From: Camelus dromedarius
Lineage: Eukaryota
Reading direction: 5' to 3'
Length of the DNA stretch: 64,000 nucleotides
NCBI RefSeq assembly: GCF_036321535.1
Contig: NC_087438.1
Coordinates: 10,108,001 to 10,172,000, forward strand
Each line of letters opens with the position of its first letter. Position 1 is the stretch's first letter. The position numbers were made by a program, and so were the translations under genes. This document shows positions 12,701 through 26,075 of the stretch, one piece after another. The notes below the pieces were generated by a model. It was not told where the DNA came from. It did not search any database and saw nothing but the letters and a program-made list of their open reading frames with translations.

Positions 12701-13892
12701 ATCTTATTGTTCATTAATCTGATCAATCACCTTTGGTGTCCTGAACCCTAACCGCAGATCAGACTCCTCCTGTGGGCGCCCACCTTCCCTGAGCTCGCTG
12801 ACTCAGTGCGCGAGCAGGACCTGGCCCAGCCCCCCGGGGCTCGCGGACAGTGCCACTTGTAGATGCACTCGGGGTCTAGCCATGTCCAGTGTCCTCCATT
12901 TGTACGAGTGTACCCTGTAGGCTGTTCAACATTTTCACTTCATAAAGCTTGTTTGTAATTTTAAATATTGTAGATTTTTTGTTGACTGTTGGGTCTTGGT
13001 TTTTGTGTGTGAGTGTGGTTGCAAAAAGCACCTAAGGGGTTATGGACGTATTAGAATTTGTCCTGTTGATGAGTATAGTGAAGTGACAGATATTTGGAAG
13101 GGGGAAAGGCCATTTATTTGAAATGTTTAATGATAATTATTCGTAGTGTAACTTGCCATGATTTTAGTCATGATTTGAAAATTATGAGCTGCTTTTGTCC
13201 CCCATATACTTACATTTTTTTTGCCCAGTGTTCAGTATATAGGATTTTTACACCCAGGATTCTTATAGTTTACATTTTCACAGCTCTAGTCATCGGGTCA
13301 TTGCTATGAATTCTAAGGATGATTACATTTAGTCTGAAAATGTATCACTGCTTTTATGAACCCAGTATCTCTCCGTATCAGGACATGAGGTGGTAAGTAA
13401 CTGTAGATACTGTAAGTTTCTGAAATCTCTGTGCATCTTTCAATAGAGATGTTTATTTAAAGTGTTACGATCTTCTCACCCCCAATAAAAGAGTTGTTGT
13501 TAAACCTTTAGTGTGACCTTACAATCTGCTGCATCCTGAATTAAGCAAATTTTAAAAATACTTGCTGATGTGCTTTAGAGAAAACTGGAGCAATTTGTTT
13601 AACCCAGCTTGGGAAATGACTCTCAGGCAAGTGATCAGTAGATTTTGGTGGGGTGTGGTATGCATAAATGAAGTCGTGCATGTGTGGGGTGGTGGCTAGG
13701 GGGCTGGACTTCCCTGAAATAGGAGTGAACTGCCAGATCTCAAAGGGATTTTAGTCATTTCCAGTGACTGGGTCCATAACACCCAGATCTTTCTCCTTTT
13801 TCCCATGGTATTAGGGCCCCTCCCTCTCTCGCTGCCTCCTTCCCCAATCCTCTGCCATTTCTTCTTTCCTTCCTTCCGCTTAGAAAGGCTAA

Positions 13893-14110
13893 AAGTGAGT
13901 GTTCTCAAACTTGAAGCCAAAACAAAGTTACAGAGGATTCCAGGAGAGCTGGGGCCTAACATTGTCTTCTGAATTGAATCCTGAGGACTGTTGACATCAG
14001 CTGAAAAGTCAGTACATAAGAACATCGACAGTGCTTGTCCATCCAGCCCTGTCCTGAGTGGGCTGCATATTCTGTTCATGGGGGGGCCACCTCTGAGGAA
14101 CATTTGAAAG
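13893..14110. mobile_element. Possible degenerate MER5-type hAT MITE
   Basis: gttctcaaactt at the left end and gaacatttgaaa at the right resemble MER5 termini; interior poorly matched. Confidence 0.3.
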
Positions 14111-17100
14111 ACAAGACTGGCATAGAAGTATTAAATGTGGCCATGAGAAGAGGTCTTCTGGACTCTGAGTGGCCTCCTGGGCCCAGGCTGGCCACCACTC
14201 CTGGCAGAGTACAATGCACACCTGCAGTCCTTGCATACCTGCCACGCGGCACACCTGCCCTGCGTGTGCGGATGCAGAGATGCTTCCCTGCCAAGGAGCA
14301 GGGGACACTTGAGGACATTGCCATTTCATGTCAGACACCTGGGAAAGCACAAAGAGAGGCTAAAAGATAAGTGGAAATAACGATTGGGAGAAGACAGGGA
14401 GGGAAAAAGATGAAATAGATGGAAGATGGTAGATAAGTAACTTCTGGGACATGTAGGGGAAAAATTTTAAATATTTTGAAATTGATTTAATTGATGAGAA
14501 GTAGGCTTGCCTGGATTTGGCTAAGTCATGACATGTATTTTCATAAAAAATTTAAATGAAGCATATTCTTACTGCCAAGTGAAAAAAAAAAGCATTTGCC
14601 TATTTATTGAGTCTTCACTTTTGCCAGGTAAGTTTTTAAGCCTTGCATTTAATATCACTAACATTTTATGCTGCCTTACCTAAGTTATGAGTGTATGTTA
14701 AGCAGTTTGTGGCCAGTAATAGAATTTTTCACAGAAGATATAATTGTTTTCAGTGTTTATTTGATGGCTTGTTCATAGTGTTCCTTAAATTGCTTTTTCC
14801 TGCAGCTGATTTGATTTAGCAGAGGGCGCATTGGTGTTGCATTTGTATCTGAAATATTTGGAATGCAGAATTGACAGAATAAACCAAACTGTGGACAGTT
14901 GGGAATAAGCCCATAGTCTGCAAACACATCTGTAGAAAATCTAATGGCAGCAGGCAGATCTAACTTGCTTCTCTTACAAATAGGCTGACTTCTCCCATTT
15001 GCAAAGTAAAATAGACAACTGTTAACTTCCTTAATGATTCTGTGAAGGTTCTCCAGTGAACAGTCCCCTTGTGGAAGGTGGAAATGGGAGTTGGGGGTGG
15101 GCAGTGTGGTGAGGTTTTTTTCTTTGAAGCAGAGATGACCGTTATGCTGTTTGGAGTACCTGAGCCTGAGAAGAGCCGCTGAAAAGACTGATGCCTAGCT
15201 GTGCTCCAGTAAATGTTTTCAAAATACTTTTTTCAGCAGCCTGGGACCTGGGTGTTTTGAATAGCTTGTTAAACAGACTTTTAAGAGGTAGAGCCACTAC
15301 TGAGTAGTGTTTAAATGTTGACTTGATTCATGAGACTATACTGGAAAATAAATTGCAAACTTGAGTTAAGTGTGACATTTTAAACGAGCCTTTGGTCCTT
15401 AAAATCACTTTTCCTAGCTGGAGATGATCTAGCTTCTCCCTTGTTTTTCTTGCCTCGTCACCAAGCTTTAGAGCGCCAGGCCGGCCTCCCTAACTCTCAA
15501 ACATATTCCTTTTTTAGAAATAAAAGTACCTGGCCTCTATGATCCATAACTGTGAGTCATCCAGTGGATGGATATTAAAGAACTATAAAAACATACTTCA
15601 AGTAAGATTTTCACGTTGTTCCAGAGCACACTCTAAATTTGGACTCATTTAAAATGGAAGTGAAAGGCTGTACCGTTGGTGCCTTGATGAAACATTCTGG
15701 TTGATGCTACTTTTGAGTTGCCTTTCACACGGGCAGGGTCAGCCTCACCTGGACAGAGGCACTGGGTTGACTTTCATTTGCCTCTGAAATGACGGCCCCT
15801 CATTCGTACATCAGTAACGGTAACCAGTTTCTGATGTTTGAGAGTCTTGGACAAAAAGCCTGAAGGTTTTGCCATGCCAGTGTGAGCTAATACTTGGCAG
15901 ATACATTCATGTTTATTTAAAGTTTTATTTTAATGTTTGGTGATGTTTGGGCAAATTAGACACAGCATGAGTGCTTGCTAATACCAAGATGTGTTAACAG
16001 TGGGAAGGTCATGAGATGAAAAAGTTACTTTGCCAGAGTAGCCAGAAGTGATGAATGGGGACTTGATAGTGTTTTATGGAATGTCAGTTTTGGCCTGTCT
16101 TTCTTATGTGTCTAATTATTATGCCACATACAGTAAGTTGAAGTCCTGGAATGAATTGCATGCTATTTTCCCCACCATTTTGAAATGCAGTACATAGTAT
16201 TAACAAAGCTGATGCCCAGCCAAGAGTTAATGGAGGCAATAAGGATTTTTAAGAAAAAGCAAAAGTTACCAGGTTTTTTTGTTGTGGTGGTGGTGTTTTG
16301 TTTTGTTGATAGTTGAGGCTCCAAGGTACGGAGAATGCCATTCTCTCTGCATTGCCATGAGATTGTAAACATTTGTGTCGTGGGCTTTGTTTGACACACT
16401 TTTGTTCCCTATAGCGTTAGTGTAATATCTGGCTTGAAATTGGCTCTCCGTCGGGATGGACCTTTGAATCGATGTTTTTGAAAATCATTGTGCCAAGGAG
16501 TGTTTTTAGCAGTCACATTCAATCCAGTTTGTAACCTGAATAAATTATGTTTTTTTTTGTTGCTAGAATTTTTGAACTTATGAACAAAAATGAACTTTTG
16601 TAATAGACCTTGACATTTGAATTTTTATTTCAATTTGATCTCACATAGAACTCTTATTGAGTAAAGGGTGCTGTGAAGGTTTGCTTTATACAGAGTGCTC
16701 CAAGGAGTTATTGCTACTTAGATGTTACATTTTGTGTTTCCTAATTGTTAAAATGATGTATTTCCTTATAAAACAATGACAGAACTATACATGGGGGGAG
16801 GGGAGGAGAAAGGAATTATTAAAATAATGAAAGAAAGGCTTCTTTCTTATAGGGATGAATGTATTTTGTCGTTGAAGTTTTCATTTGTTCTGCTGCTGAG
16901 CCAGTCCTGGTTGAGCTGGGAGCAGACCCTGCTCTGTTAGATTTGCAGATAAGAAGCGTGATTCTGTCTTTGTTTCTTTCATAATCACAACCTCGCTTTT
17001 CTCCTTGCCAGCCGAGAACTTAGGCCAGAATATCAACAAGGTGGAACATCACAAATTTGGATTTGTGAATACAGATTTTATAAAATCACTAGTGTTTTAT

Positions 17101-17334
17101 TCCTGACATCTGCCAGGTTATGCAGAATAAAGAGTTTAAAAAACATTTTGGTGAAAAGGACAAACTCTGCACTTGTTGGAGTTGAGTAAATATTTTGTGA
17201 TTCAGTTTCAAGTGATCTTAGGATAATTGAGATGCCAGCTTGCCTTTCTTGGGTGCCGACACGGTGCCATCTGTTGTTCTCAGGGCAGCTTTCCTTGCCT
17301 GAGGTACTCACTAAATAAGGACACTGTTGTCCCC

Positions 17335-17445
17335 ACTCCACACAGGGAACTGGAGGTACAGAGGAGTTAAGTAGCCCATGGTACAGAGTTAGTTAAGGAA
17401 TGGGATGATTTGAACATAGTTCCTGGTCCAGCCTCATAGCCACTT
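17335..17445 (-). mobile_element. MIR fragment
   Basis: cacagggaactggaggtacagaggagttaagtagccc...gatttgaac resembles the antisense MIR core. Confidence 0.6.
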
Positions 17446-20429
17446 AGCTTTAACTGTTTTCAACTAAATAACTCAGTAGACATGGGCATAAATTAATGCA
17501 GTTTATTTTTTACATGACTTATCAAATGAGACCCGTTATTTTCTAACGTCTTGAAAGCTGTTTCCTGTATTTGAGTGATTTTTCTGCCCTCATTTTCATC
17601 ATCTTCCCCTGCACCGTTGATGATAACCTATAAATAGGGACTGGTAAGGGAGGAAGGAGGCAAGCCCACCAGTAACAACTTTTGGCTCCAGATGGTTTTC
17701 CTCCGTTTTTTAGCTTTTCTGCTGTAATTTCTCCCGTTTCCAGGTCTGTCCTGTGAGTCGAGTCCCATGTTGCCTGGGAACGTCCGGGTGGGGAGAATCT
17801 GGTGATGCCATTTAAGCGGAAAGGCCGTGGGATGAGCCCGTGCACTTGTGTGCACAGCGAATGTATTTTTAGCAGTGGAGCTTTGGCTCATTGTAGTGAA
17901 AATGTTTTTCCGTGAATAATTCTTTAATGTTGGTCTTGGGTTTTTACTGCAGACGTTACAAGTCTGGCTCTGGTTCCCCTTTTAAAAACTCATACAAATT
18001 GCCAGTTTGGTGTAGGGTTAGGGAATCACGTTACTTTCGATTATATTTATTTCTATTTTTAGTATTTAAGTTATTTTTTAAAATGTCGTAGCAGTATTGA
18101 AAAAAATGTGTCTACATGTGAAAATTATTCCACATTAAGCCCAAGCTTTAGTGAGGATTCTGGCATGTGACTTGTGGCACGTGCCTACTCTTGAATACTG
18201 TGTACAAGTCTGGTGCTTCTGCTCCCGTGGTTTAATGAAGCACCCAGTACCCTTAATGATGTATTTATTATCAAATTTGAATGAAAATCACCAGCCCAGC
18301 AACAAGTGGAATGGTTTTGAGACGTTTCTCATTTTCCAAACACCCAGTATTTCTGTTGAATTGGATTGGAGGGGCCAGGAAAGGATTCGTCCTGAAAAAC
18401 AGAGATGGCTGTTACTTTTTATGCTAAGTAAGTGTGTGGCCTGGGAGAATGTGTTGGGTCATTCCTATCCCAGGTGGAACACGACTGAGGCATGCATAAA
18501 TTTATGGGTCAGTGCAGTTCATTTTCCTGCCCTCACGAAGGTACTCTGTGTGATTTCTGCCCATCTGGGCTTTAAAGAGGTCTGTGGTTCTCTGCGGAGA
18601 GCCAGGTCTTCAGAATTTAGTTCGTTTCTTGCACAGACAGTTGGCCTCTTTTGGTCAACAGAGCTGGTTTATGTGGTCGTTAGTGAATGGATCTATAGCG
18701 AGGATGTTACAGGCTTGATCTAACGCAGGCCACTAATTTTGAACAGGGGAGACAGCCTACTGAAGGGGATTGCTTCCTCTGGTCCCTGGGGCCACTGCTA
18801 ACCTGTGGCCCTCCTGTGGGCTGCAAGGTGACAGGTAGGGCTGCGTGGGTCAGACCCCGTCCGCTCAGGTGTGTAGGGAAGCCTAACTGCTGACAAAGAG
18901 GATGTCGTCAAATTTAGGCAATCTGAAAAGAAAAAGAAATACCAATACCATCCGTGAAATCAACCACTTACACAAATGTTTAAAAAAGAACATTGGTGAA
19001 CCCCTTTGTTCTTAAGAGATCATTATAAAAATGTGTATGTGCAAAACATGTCTTCCTAAAGAAGTCTGAGCCTCTCAGAGGAGAAACTGGAGTTGGCTCC
19101 TGGCCTTCTTGCAGACACTCGCCTTTACTCACTTCCTGCCTGTCTCAGTGATTCAGGCACCTGAAACTTCAGTGGAAGTGTTTCTTTGATTTGGCTTCTC
19201 TCTCCTCCTTTTTATTCATTTGAAGATGGACTCAGATGCTTGGGGCAGTGACTTGTGGTGCTTCTAATCCTTTGCAGATACCTGCCCATCCCCCCACATC
19301 TTCAAAGAACTTACTAAATTTTGTTTAATTCCTCCTCAAAAAGAAGTGAATGGCTGGCCTAGTCTATTCAGTTTTTCAGGACACATTTGCATACCTGCCC
19401 CTTCATTTGACACCTGTGGCTTCTGAAAATAAAGCGAGATAGCGCTGCATAGTAATTTAATCAGTTGTATCCACACAAGTGCTTCTAGGATTTCCCTCCT
19501 GAATTAGGTAACAGTACCCTTCCCCCGAGATTGATACATATAATTAATTAAGTAGCTCAGCAAGTTCTCCTGGAAAGGGGGGAGTGGCAGGCACAACGTT
19601 TCCACCTTTGCAGACCTCCCCCCAGTACACAGGTGGGAGGCCTTGTACTGTGGCAATGACCAGAGGTGTGTCCACTGTTCGTCTGCCTCTGGGTCCCACC
19701 CTGTGGGGCAGGGCTGGTTCATTAAAGTTCCCACAGTATTTATCAAAAAACCCAGTTGGGCCTACTTGGCATATATGTCTGTTACACTCTGCATCCACAA
19801 ATGTTGAAATGATTTTTCTAGAAATTAGAAGCAAGTTATTGATCATGAGTCATTTGTTGGCTATGCAGTGCGCATGCGGTCTTCTACTGCCATTTGAGAA
19901 TAGCCCCTTAACTTTCATTATCATTAACACCTGGAGTATAATTTATAACAATAAGAAGAGTGAATAAATCATAGGTCAGATGAATAGGGAAGTTCATTCT
20001 GATGATAAAGTAGACACTAATCAGGACTTAAAGAATTAGGCCACAGTCAGGAAAGTTGCAGACTGGAAAAATAATTATTAGTGGAGAATCTCGTGGTTCT
20101 TAGCATATCTTCCTGAAGCTAGCAGCTCTGCTTCTTCACCGTGAAATCCTCATTGTGCTGATTAACCTCTGTATTTAGTAACCCCAGGTAGCTCATTTAT
20201 TGTTCAATGTTCACACTTTTTTTTTAAACTAAACATATTAGGAGATGCTGGCATATCAAAGATGTGAACAAAAAATAGAAGGAATTTAGAAAGAGTAATA
20301 AAGACTAGAATTGGGAGATAATGCACCCTAATGTAAAAAAAGGAATTCAGAAAGAACGATGCATCTAATCGTCAGGGATAATGTGATTGTATTGTAAAGG
20401 AGAGGAACGTATTTAGCACTAATAATAAT

Positions 20430-20630
20430 AGTAATGACAATAATAAGGAATGCTTTCATTTAGCAAGTGTCTCATTCAGATGTAGAGGAAGTGCCCCCAG
20501 TAACTTCTTGGAAGCCTGAGGTAGGTTGCCAAGTAATCTATTGTACAAACCAGAACATCTGTAAGAATGAAAGGGAGTGCTGTTGGTAACTATGCTGGGG
20601 CAACAGGTGTGACTCAAAACTGCCTGTAAG
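20430..20630 (-). mobile_element. MIR fragment
   Basis: taataatagtaatgacaataataag..catttagcaagtgtct start, and ttggtaactatgctggggcaacag..gactcaaaac. Confidence 0.4.
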
Positions 20631-21164
20631 GTAGTTAATAACAAGAATATGATAGAACCCTACTCATTCAGTCAGTGTAACGCTGGCCTTTCCATGAGTA
20701 TTTACTGGTCTAAAATAGAAGAGGGAGGGTCTGGTTAATACAGTGGATCTGGTTTGTTATTACACCGATTAAACATATTCTGCATAGGCATTACCTGTCC
20801 TCAGGGCTGAGTCTGGACTACCCTTAAAATCAGAGTTCTAAAACCCTTGAGTGTGGTTTACAAGTCAGAAATGGTTACTCCGCAAGATATAGTTTACTTT
20901 GAAGGTAAAAGAGTGATGATGGGTATGGGAAAGTGCCATATATGGCATTGTTTTTAACAGCTTATGAGATTTGGAGAACTCTGGATATTTTCAAAAGCTT
21001 TCTGCTGCTGCTGGGAATGAAATGGAGGCCCTGCTGGGAAGTAACTCAGAAATCTGTCAATAACTGCTCTAATTCCAGGAGCTCGAATTTGGAAGTTTTG
21101 TCTGCAAAACTGTGTTTCTGTTCAGCTTCTATTTATTAGTAATAATTTTGAATTTCTGTTTATT

Positions 21165-21505
21165 GTATGGCACATATTTTTGATTAAAATATTTTTATTC
21201 AGCCATTAAAATGAGGTAGGTAGTAGGGTAATACTATAATAATAATACACCTTGATACCGAAGGATGTTCGTAATTAAGAAAGTGATCAGGCAATTAACA
21301 AAACAGTATTGTTATTTGCTTCTATTTTTCTTTTAGGAAAAAGTGTACCCTTGGGCATGCATGTTACAGATAAAATAGTGTAAGGATATATTACTAAATT
21401 TAACTGCTTATTTGAGAATTAGTGGGATTTCTGTTTATTTCCTTCTAACTGGTGATACATTGACCAGATTTTCTGTTCATGTCTACTTTTAAAATACGAA
21501 AACCT
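21165..21505 (+). mobile_element. Old L1ME-type 3' end
   Basis: atggcacat..tattcagccattaaaatgag..aaggatgttc..aaacagtat..taaggatatattactaaa. Confidence 0.5.
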
Positions 21506-22734
21506 AGAAATGAACCTTTTTCCTTTGATAAAAGTGGTGGTTCGTACTCTGAAGCTGGCTAGCTCTTTATGTTCAAGATTGTGTTTTCAGATGGTGAAAT
21601 CATTCACCGTCATCCCGTTCTCATGGTCAGAAGCCAGAGATCAGTTACGACATGTCATTCAGAAAGCGCTCTGTAACCAGCGAGGCAGTCGTGTGGTGGT
21701 CAGATGTCATAACCGGCAGGCCCGTGGTCATCCTTCAGGCTCTGCCATCCTCTGTCGGCAGAGTCAGAGCATCTCATCCGACAGGGGCGTCTTTCTGATT
21801 ATTTCCACATGCGTTTAGGTGACTGATTTATGTGTAACTGGGGAATAAGACCTCCCATGCATTCTTACAGCCTCCCTGACTACTGCAGTTAAAGATGAAG
21901 AGGAGGATGCTGAAGTTACTGAAAATCCTAGTGACCATTTATGGTGTGCTCTTACTATGCCGTGCCTGGGGCAGACTCTAAGCCCAAATCCTCTGCTCCA
22001 CCTCTGGACTGACCAGCCTGCCTCTCTTCCTGTGCTTTCTCACTATTCTCAGCAAGAGCGTTGGCTCCGTCAGCACTTCTGGCCTGTCCAGCTCCAGTGC
22101 CAGCGAGGCACCTTGAGGACCAGGCAGTTGGTGCAGCTCTGCCCACTCATGTGTTGAGCATCCCTGCATCGTCAAAGTCAGCAGGTGCCACACGCATTGC
22201 TAAGGGACTTTCTACCCTTGAAGTTCCTTAGAAATATGACTTGTCTTTCCACTTCTTGGCGTGTGTGTAATTTTATGAATTCTTCTGACTCATGTTGTTT
22301 CCATCCTCCAGTTTGATGTCTCTGAGCGTGGATCAGCAGGCGGTAGGTAGTTTGTTTTTCCTTTGTATTTATGCTCTCAGTCTTTCATTTTCTCTTTAAA
22401 GTCTATAAATGGAAGTAAAGTAAATAAGGCACATATGGGCCCTTTTGTTTGACTGTTTAAAAGGTTTATAATGATCATTTTCTTTCTTCATTATTACACA
22501 GGTGCCCCACTAGGTGGAGTGATGGACATGGTGAGAGATTTAGGACTTGATTCATTTTTAAGTTAAATGTTAAGTCCATAGACATCTCTAGATACCTGGA
22601 TAGTAACTGAATTTTAAAAATTCAAGTAAAGTCTGTGTTTCAAGGGAAGGATGTTATTCTAGGAATTCTGCTGAAATAAACGGTGTGCGTAGGCGAATGC
22701 TTGAATATTTAGGCATTGCCGGTAGCGGAGTTGG

Positions 22735-22850
22735 CAGTGTTAAACAGCTTATGGCATATTCAATACAGGAATACTAGATGGCCCTTATAGGGGATGGTTT
22801 AGATCTGTATTTACTTTTACAGAAAGATGTCCACTGTAAGTGTACATATA
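22735..22850 (+). mobile_element. L1ME-type fragment (left part, apparently interrupted by the L1MC)
   Basis: ttaaacagcttatggcatattcaatacaggaatact...tagatctgtatttact..agaaagatgtcca. Confidence 0.5.
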
Positions 22851-22869
22851 TGCACACATGTGTAAGACA

Positions 22870-24000
22870 TTGACATAATGCCAGACAGCCAGAAAACCTG
22901 CAAAAATTGTATGAAATAATTCTAAATACTTTTCACCCTGATTTCCCCAATGTTAATATTTTACCACATTTGTTATATCATTCATGTTTTCTTCTTTCTG
23001 TTTTTTATATATTTTTTTTATCCTCTAGATAAACTTTTTTTTTTTCCCTGAAACATTTGTAATTAAGGTGTAGACATGATGCCTCTCTTACCACCAGATA
23101 CCTCAGGGTGTACTTCCTAAAACCAAGGATGTTCCATTACATACCACAGTAAAATGATCGAAATCAGGAAAGTTACGTTGATTGAGCACTGTCATTTAAT
23201 TTAGAAACCTTATTCAGATTTTGCCAGTCGTCTCGGTAATGTCCTTTATCTGGTGCAGGGTCTGTTCCAGGATCACACATGCATTTAGTTGCTTGTCTCT
23301 TTGGTTCTCTTTTAATCTGGAAGAGCTAGCTACTCAGTCTTTCCTTATCTGTCAGGACCTTGACAGTTTTGAGGAATACAAGCTAGTGAATTCTAGCCAA
23401 ACCGTTGAGTGTTCCTCTGTATGGATTTCTGTGTTACTTCCTCATGATTAGCTTCAGAGGATGCATTTTTGCTAGAAGGGTGGTGGAAGTGATGCGCTCG
23501 TCCCTGTGCGTTTCATCAGGAAGCGCACAGCGTTCTGTGCCTGTCCCTTGACTGGTGACATTAACTTTGATCGCTCAGGTGGTTCCTACCAATCTCCTTT
23601 GTAAAATTAATAACTTTTTGCTTTGTAATTAGTATCTTGTGAGGATTTTCTTTGAAACTGTGTAAGAATCACATTTCTCATCATGCTTTCCCCTTTTAAC
23701 TTTATACCCATTGGTGATTTTTGCTTGTCTGGTATTTGCCAAATGGTAATTTTCTAATTCCTTCCCTTGTTCTTACATTAGTTGCAATGCTACTGGAAGA
23801 AAGAGCTTTCCCTACTCATTTACCTGTTTGTTTATATCAGAATAGGCTCATAGATTGTCAATTAGTTCTATTGATTATTATCCATTATTATCATTATTTC
23901 TGCCCAGATTGTTTCAGGTTGGCCAGTGGGAGCCTGCTCAAGTTTCAACTTGCCCTGAGCACTTTGTAGCACTTTGTAGGTTTTTCTGAGCACTTCCCTT
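22870..24000 (-). mobile_element. L1MC4/5-like 3' UTR region
   Basis: ttcaccctgatttccccaatgttaatattttaccacatttg; cttcctaaaaccaaggat; aaatcaggaaa; caggatcacacatgcatttagttg; ttcctcatgattag; ctggtgacattaactttgatc. Confidence 0.85.
23958..23979. repeat. 10-bp tandem duplication (agcactttgt)x2 + ag
   Basis: Read directly from sequence. Confidence 0.9.
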
Positions 24001-24059
24001 AACTTGTCTGTTCTGTTTTAGTTGGTGGTGTGTGTTTTACGTGGAATCACTACTTTACT

Positions 24060-24250
24060 AGATTTTATGTAAGCTTATCTATATATTTGTGATTATATAC
24101 ATTTTAAAAACTCTAAATGAGATTTATTTAAATGTTAGTGATGGTTGCCTTTGGGTTGTGAAATTATTGGTTATCTGTATTTTTTTCTGAAAAAAAAAAA
24201 AAAAAAAGCCATATCACACGTATGTTACTTTTATCAGGGAAAAAAGTTGT
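24060..24250 (+). mobile_element. L1ME-type extreme 3' end with internal A18 run (24190-24207)
   Basis: gttagtgatggttgcctttgggttgtgaaattattgg...tatgttacttttatcagggaaaaaa. Confidence 0.5.
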
Positions 24251-24469
24251 TTTTAAACAGCGAAGATTAGTTGTGACTGGAAGTCACACATCTCTAAGCC
24301 TAACTGAAATTATCCTGCCTCGTCTGCCTGTCTTTTGGGGACATTTGTGTTTTTCAGGTTATGTTATGTGTGAAGTGGGGCACTGCCACTGAATGCCATC
24401 TAAGTAGTTGAAACAATCATTCTACCTTTAGACGTTTAGAAATCCCAGTAGCCTGTGCTCTGCTCCTTT

Positions 24470-24580
24470 TTTGTGACTGATGAGGCATCTGTCTGCCTGG
24501 ATGGTTAAGTGACTTGCCCAGAGTCATGTGGAGGAAATTGAGGGTCAATTTAAAGTTCTGACCCTGAGTCCAGTGTGCTT
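24470..24580 (-). mobile_element. MIR fragment
   Basis: ggttaagtgacttgcccagagtcatgtg..tctgaccctgagtccagtgtgctt. Confidence 0.65.
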
Positions 24581-25376
24581 AGAAAACCCTTAATACTGTT
24601 TTCATTTGTTTGTAGCCACCTTCTGGCTACAAGGGACTATGAAGTGTTAAAGAACCTTCCACTTAAATTTGTCTGTGCCGTTCACTGGGTAATATTCCAG
24701 AGCTTTACATGCAGAAGTCATCGAAGGCCATTTGGCTGTGGTTGGTGGTTAACAACTTCAGGTGATGCTGGGTTGGTTTCCGGGTAGACGGGTCGTGAAT
24801 TGCTGATCAGTCTGCTGCTTAGCATTCATCCCGTAATTACGCTGTTAGTCTATAATTGCAAAAACATAGTTGGGTTGATTGATGGAGGGCAGGTAAATTT
24901 GTGCCAGTTGTTTAAATTTGTAAACTTTCTCTAGAATGAAGACCTGCCTGCCAGGAGAAGAAAGGTCTACCTGTGCGCCACTAAGTGATGTCTGTTGAAG
25001 GTCAGGAAAGCCTCCCTCAACCCCTGCAGACTCGCTCTGATTCCCCTCTCCTGCCCGCTCAGAGCACCTTGTCCTGGATCACTCGCTCCTGTGGCGGCGG
25101 GCATGTATGTGGGCACATACGCTTATATGTCAGGGTGCTTCCTGCCTGACCTGTCCTCAGCTCCAGGCACAGCGCCCCTCACACAGCAGGGGTGCAGCAG
25201 CAGTGAGAATGCCATTCACCCTGTCCAGTGCTGACCCCTATCCCTTTCTCTTTTTGAAAGGACGTATAAAGACCCTATTCCTAAAGCAGTTACATCATTA
25301 GTCACGGCTTTGGTTGGAAGCAGTGGAAACCATTTCGAGCCAATAATAAGCATCTCAGGTGGTAACAGTAGCACGT

Positions 25377-25855
25377 GTGTATCAAGAACCACGAACCGCT
25401 GAGCTGTTTACCCTACTTGCAAGCTAAAAGGTTAGCCTGCCACAGTCTGACAGCTGCTGACAGAAGACATGAGACTCCTGGCTCAGAGACCAAGAACTTT
25501 TATTACTCATGGTGCTAACAGTAGTCATGGTATCAGCATTTTGGGGCACTAGTTCTAGAAAACCTGATTTCTATAGGGTGATGCTGAGGCCAGTCAACAC
25601 TTGTGCACGCTGTGGGGTGTATCGCAGGAGAGGAACCCTGAGTCTTTTATACTGGACTGTAAACCTGACTGTTCTTTGCTTTAAAGAGAGACCGTCTCTT
25701 TGCCTTCCAAGTCCTTAAGCAGACCTGCCTCTGCTCTGGGGGGAAGCACTGTCTTCTGAGTCTGTTTGCCTAAATTTATCCTTGTAATGATGATCTGGAG
25801 CAAAGAGTGCCTCTGCTTGCGTCATGTGTAGAATCGTGAGAGATCTTGGTCTCCA
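25377..25855 (-). mobile_element. ERVL-class solo LTR (MER54/MER74/LTR53-like group)
   Basis: ttaccctacttgcaagctaaaaggttagcctgccacagt..cagaagacatgagactcctggctcagagaccaagaactttattactca (antisense polyA signal) and ggagaggaaccctgag. Confidence 0.7.
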
Positions 25856-25869
25856 CCTGGGCTCTGCCA

Positions 25870-26075
25870 GTAATGTGCATTGTGGAAATTTAGGAAACAG
25901 AAGGAAAAAAGTTGCTGGAATCCTGTCAAAGTCAAAGTAATCACTGTTAAAGTCTTGAAATACATACTTTTAGTGTTTTATCCCCTTAAGTATAGATATT
26001 TGTATATAGCATGTGTTTCATAAACATTGCTAATATTGTACAGTCTAACTTATAACTGGGTTTTTTCTGCTGACA
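25870..26075 (-). mobile_element. L1ME-type 3' fragment
   Basis: cattgtggaaatttaggaaacagaa..taatcactgttaa..ttttataactg-like ttttttc motifs. Confidence 0.4.

Noticed and set aside
18151..18723. Longest ORF in the track (190 aa)
   Set aside because: Starts at GTG, has no recognisable domain and no evident codon bias or splice framing; treated as a chance ORF
22312..22342. 31-nt exon candidate
   Set aside because: Modest splice signals and no recognisable peptide
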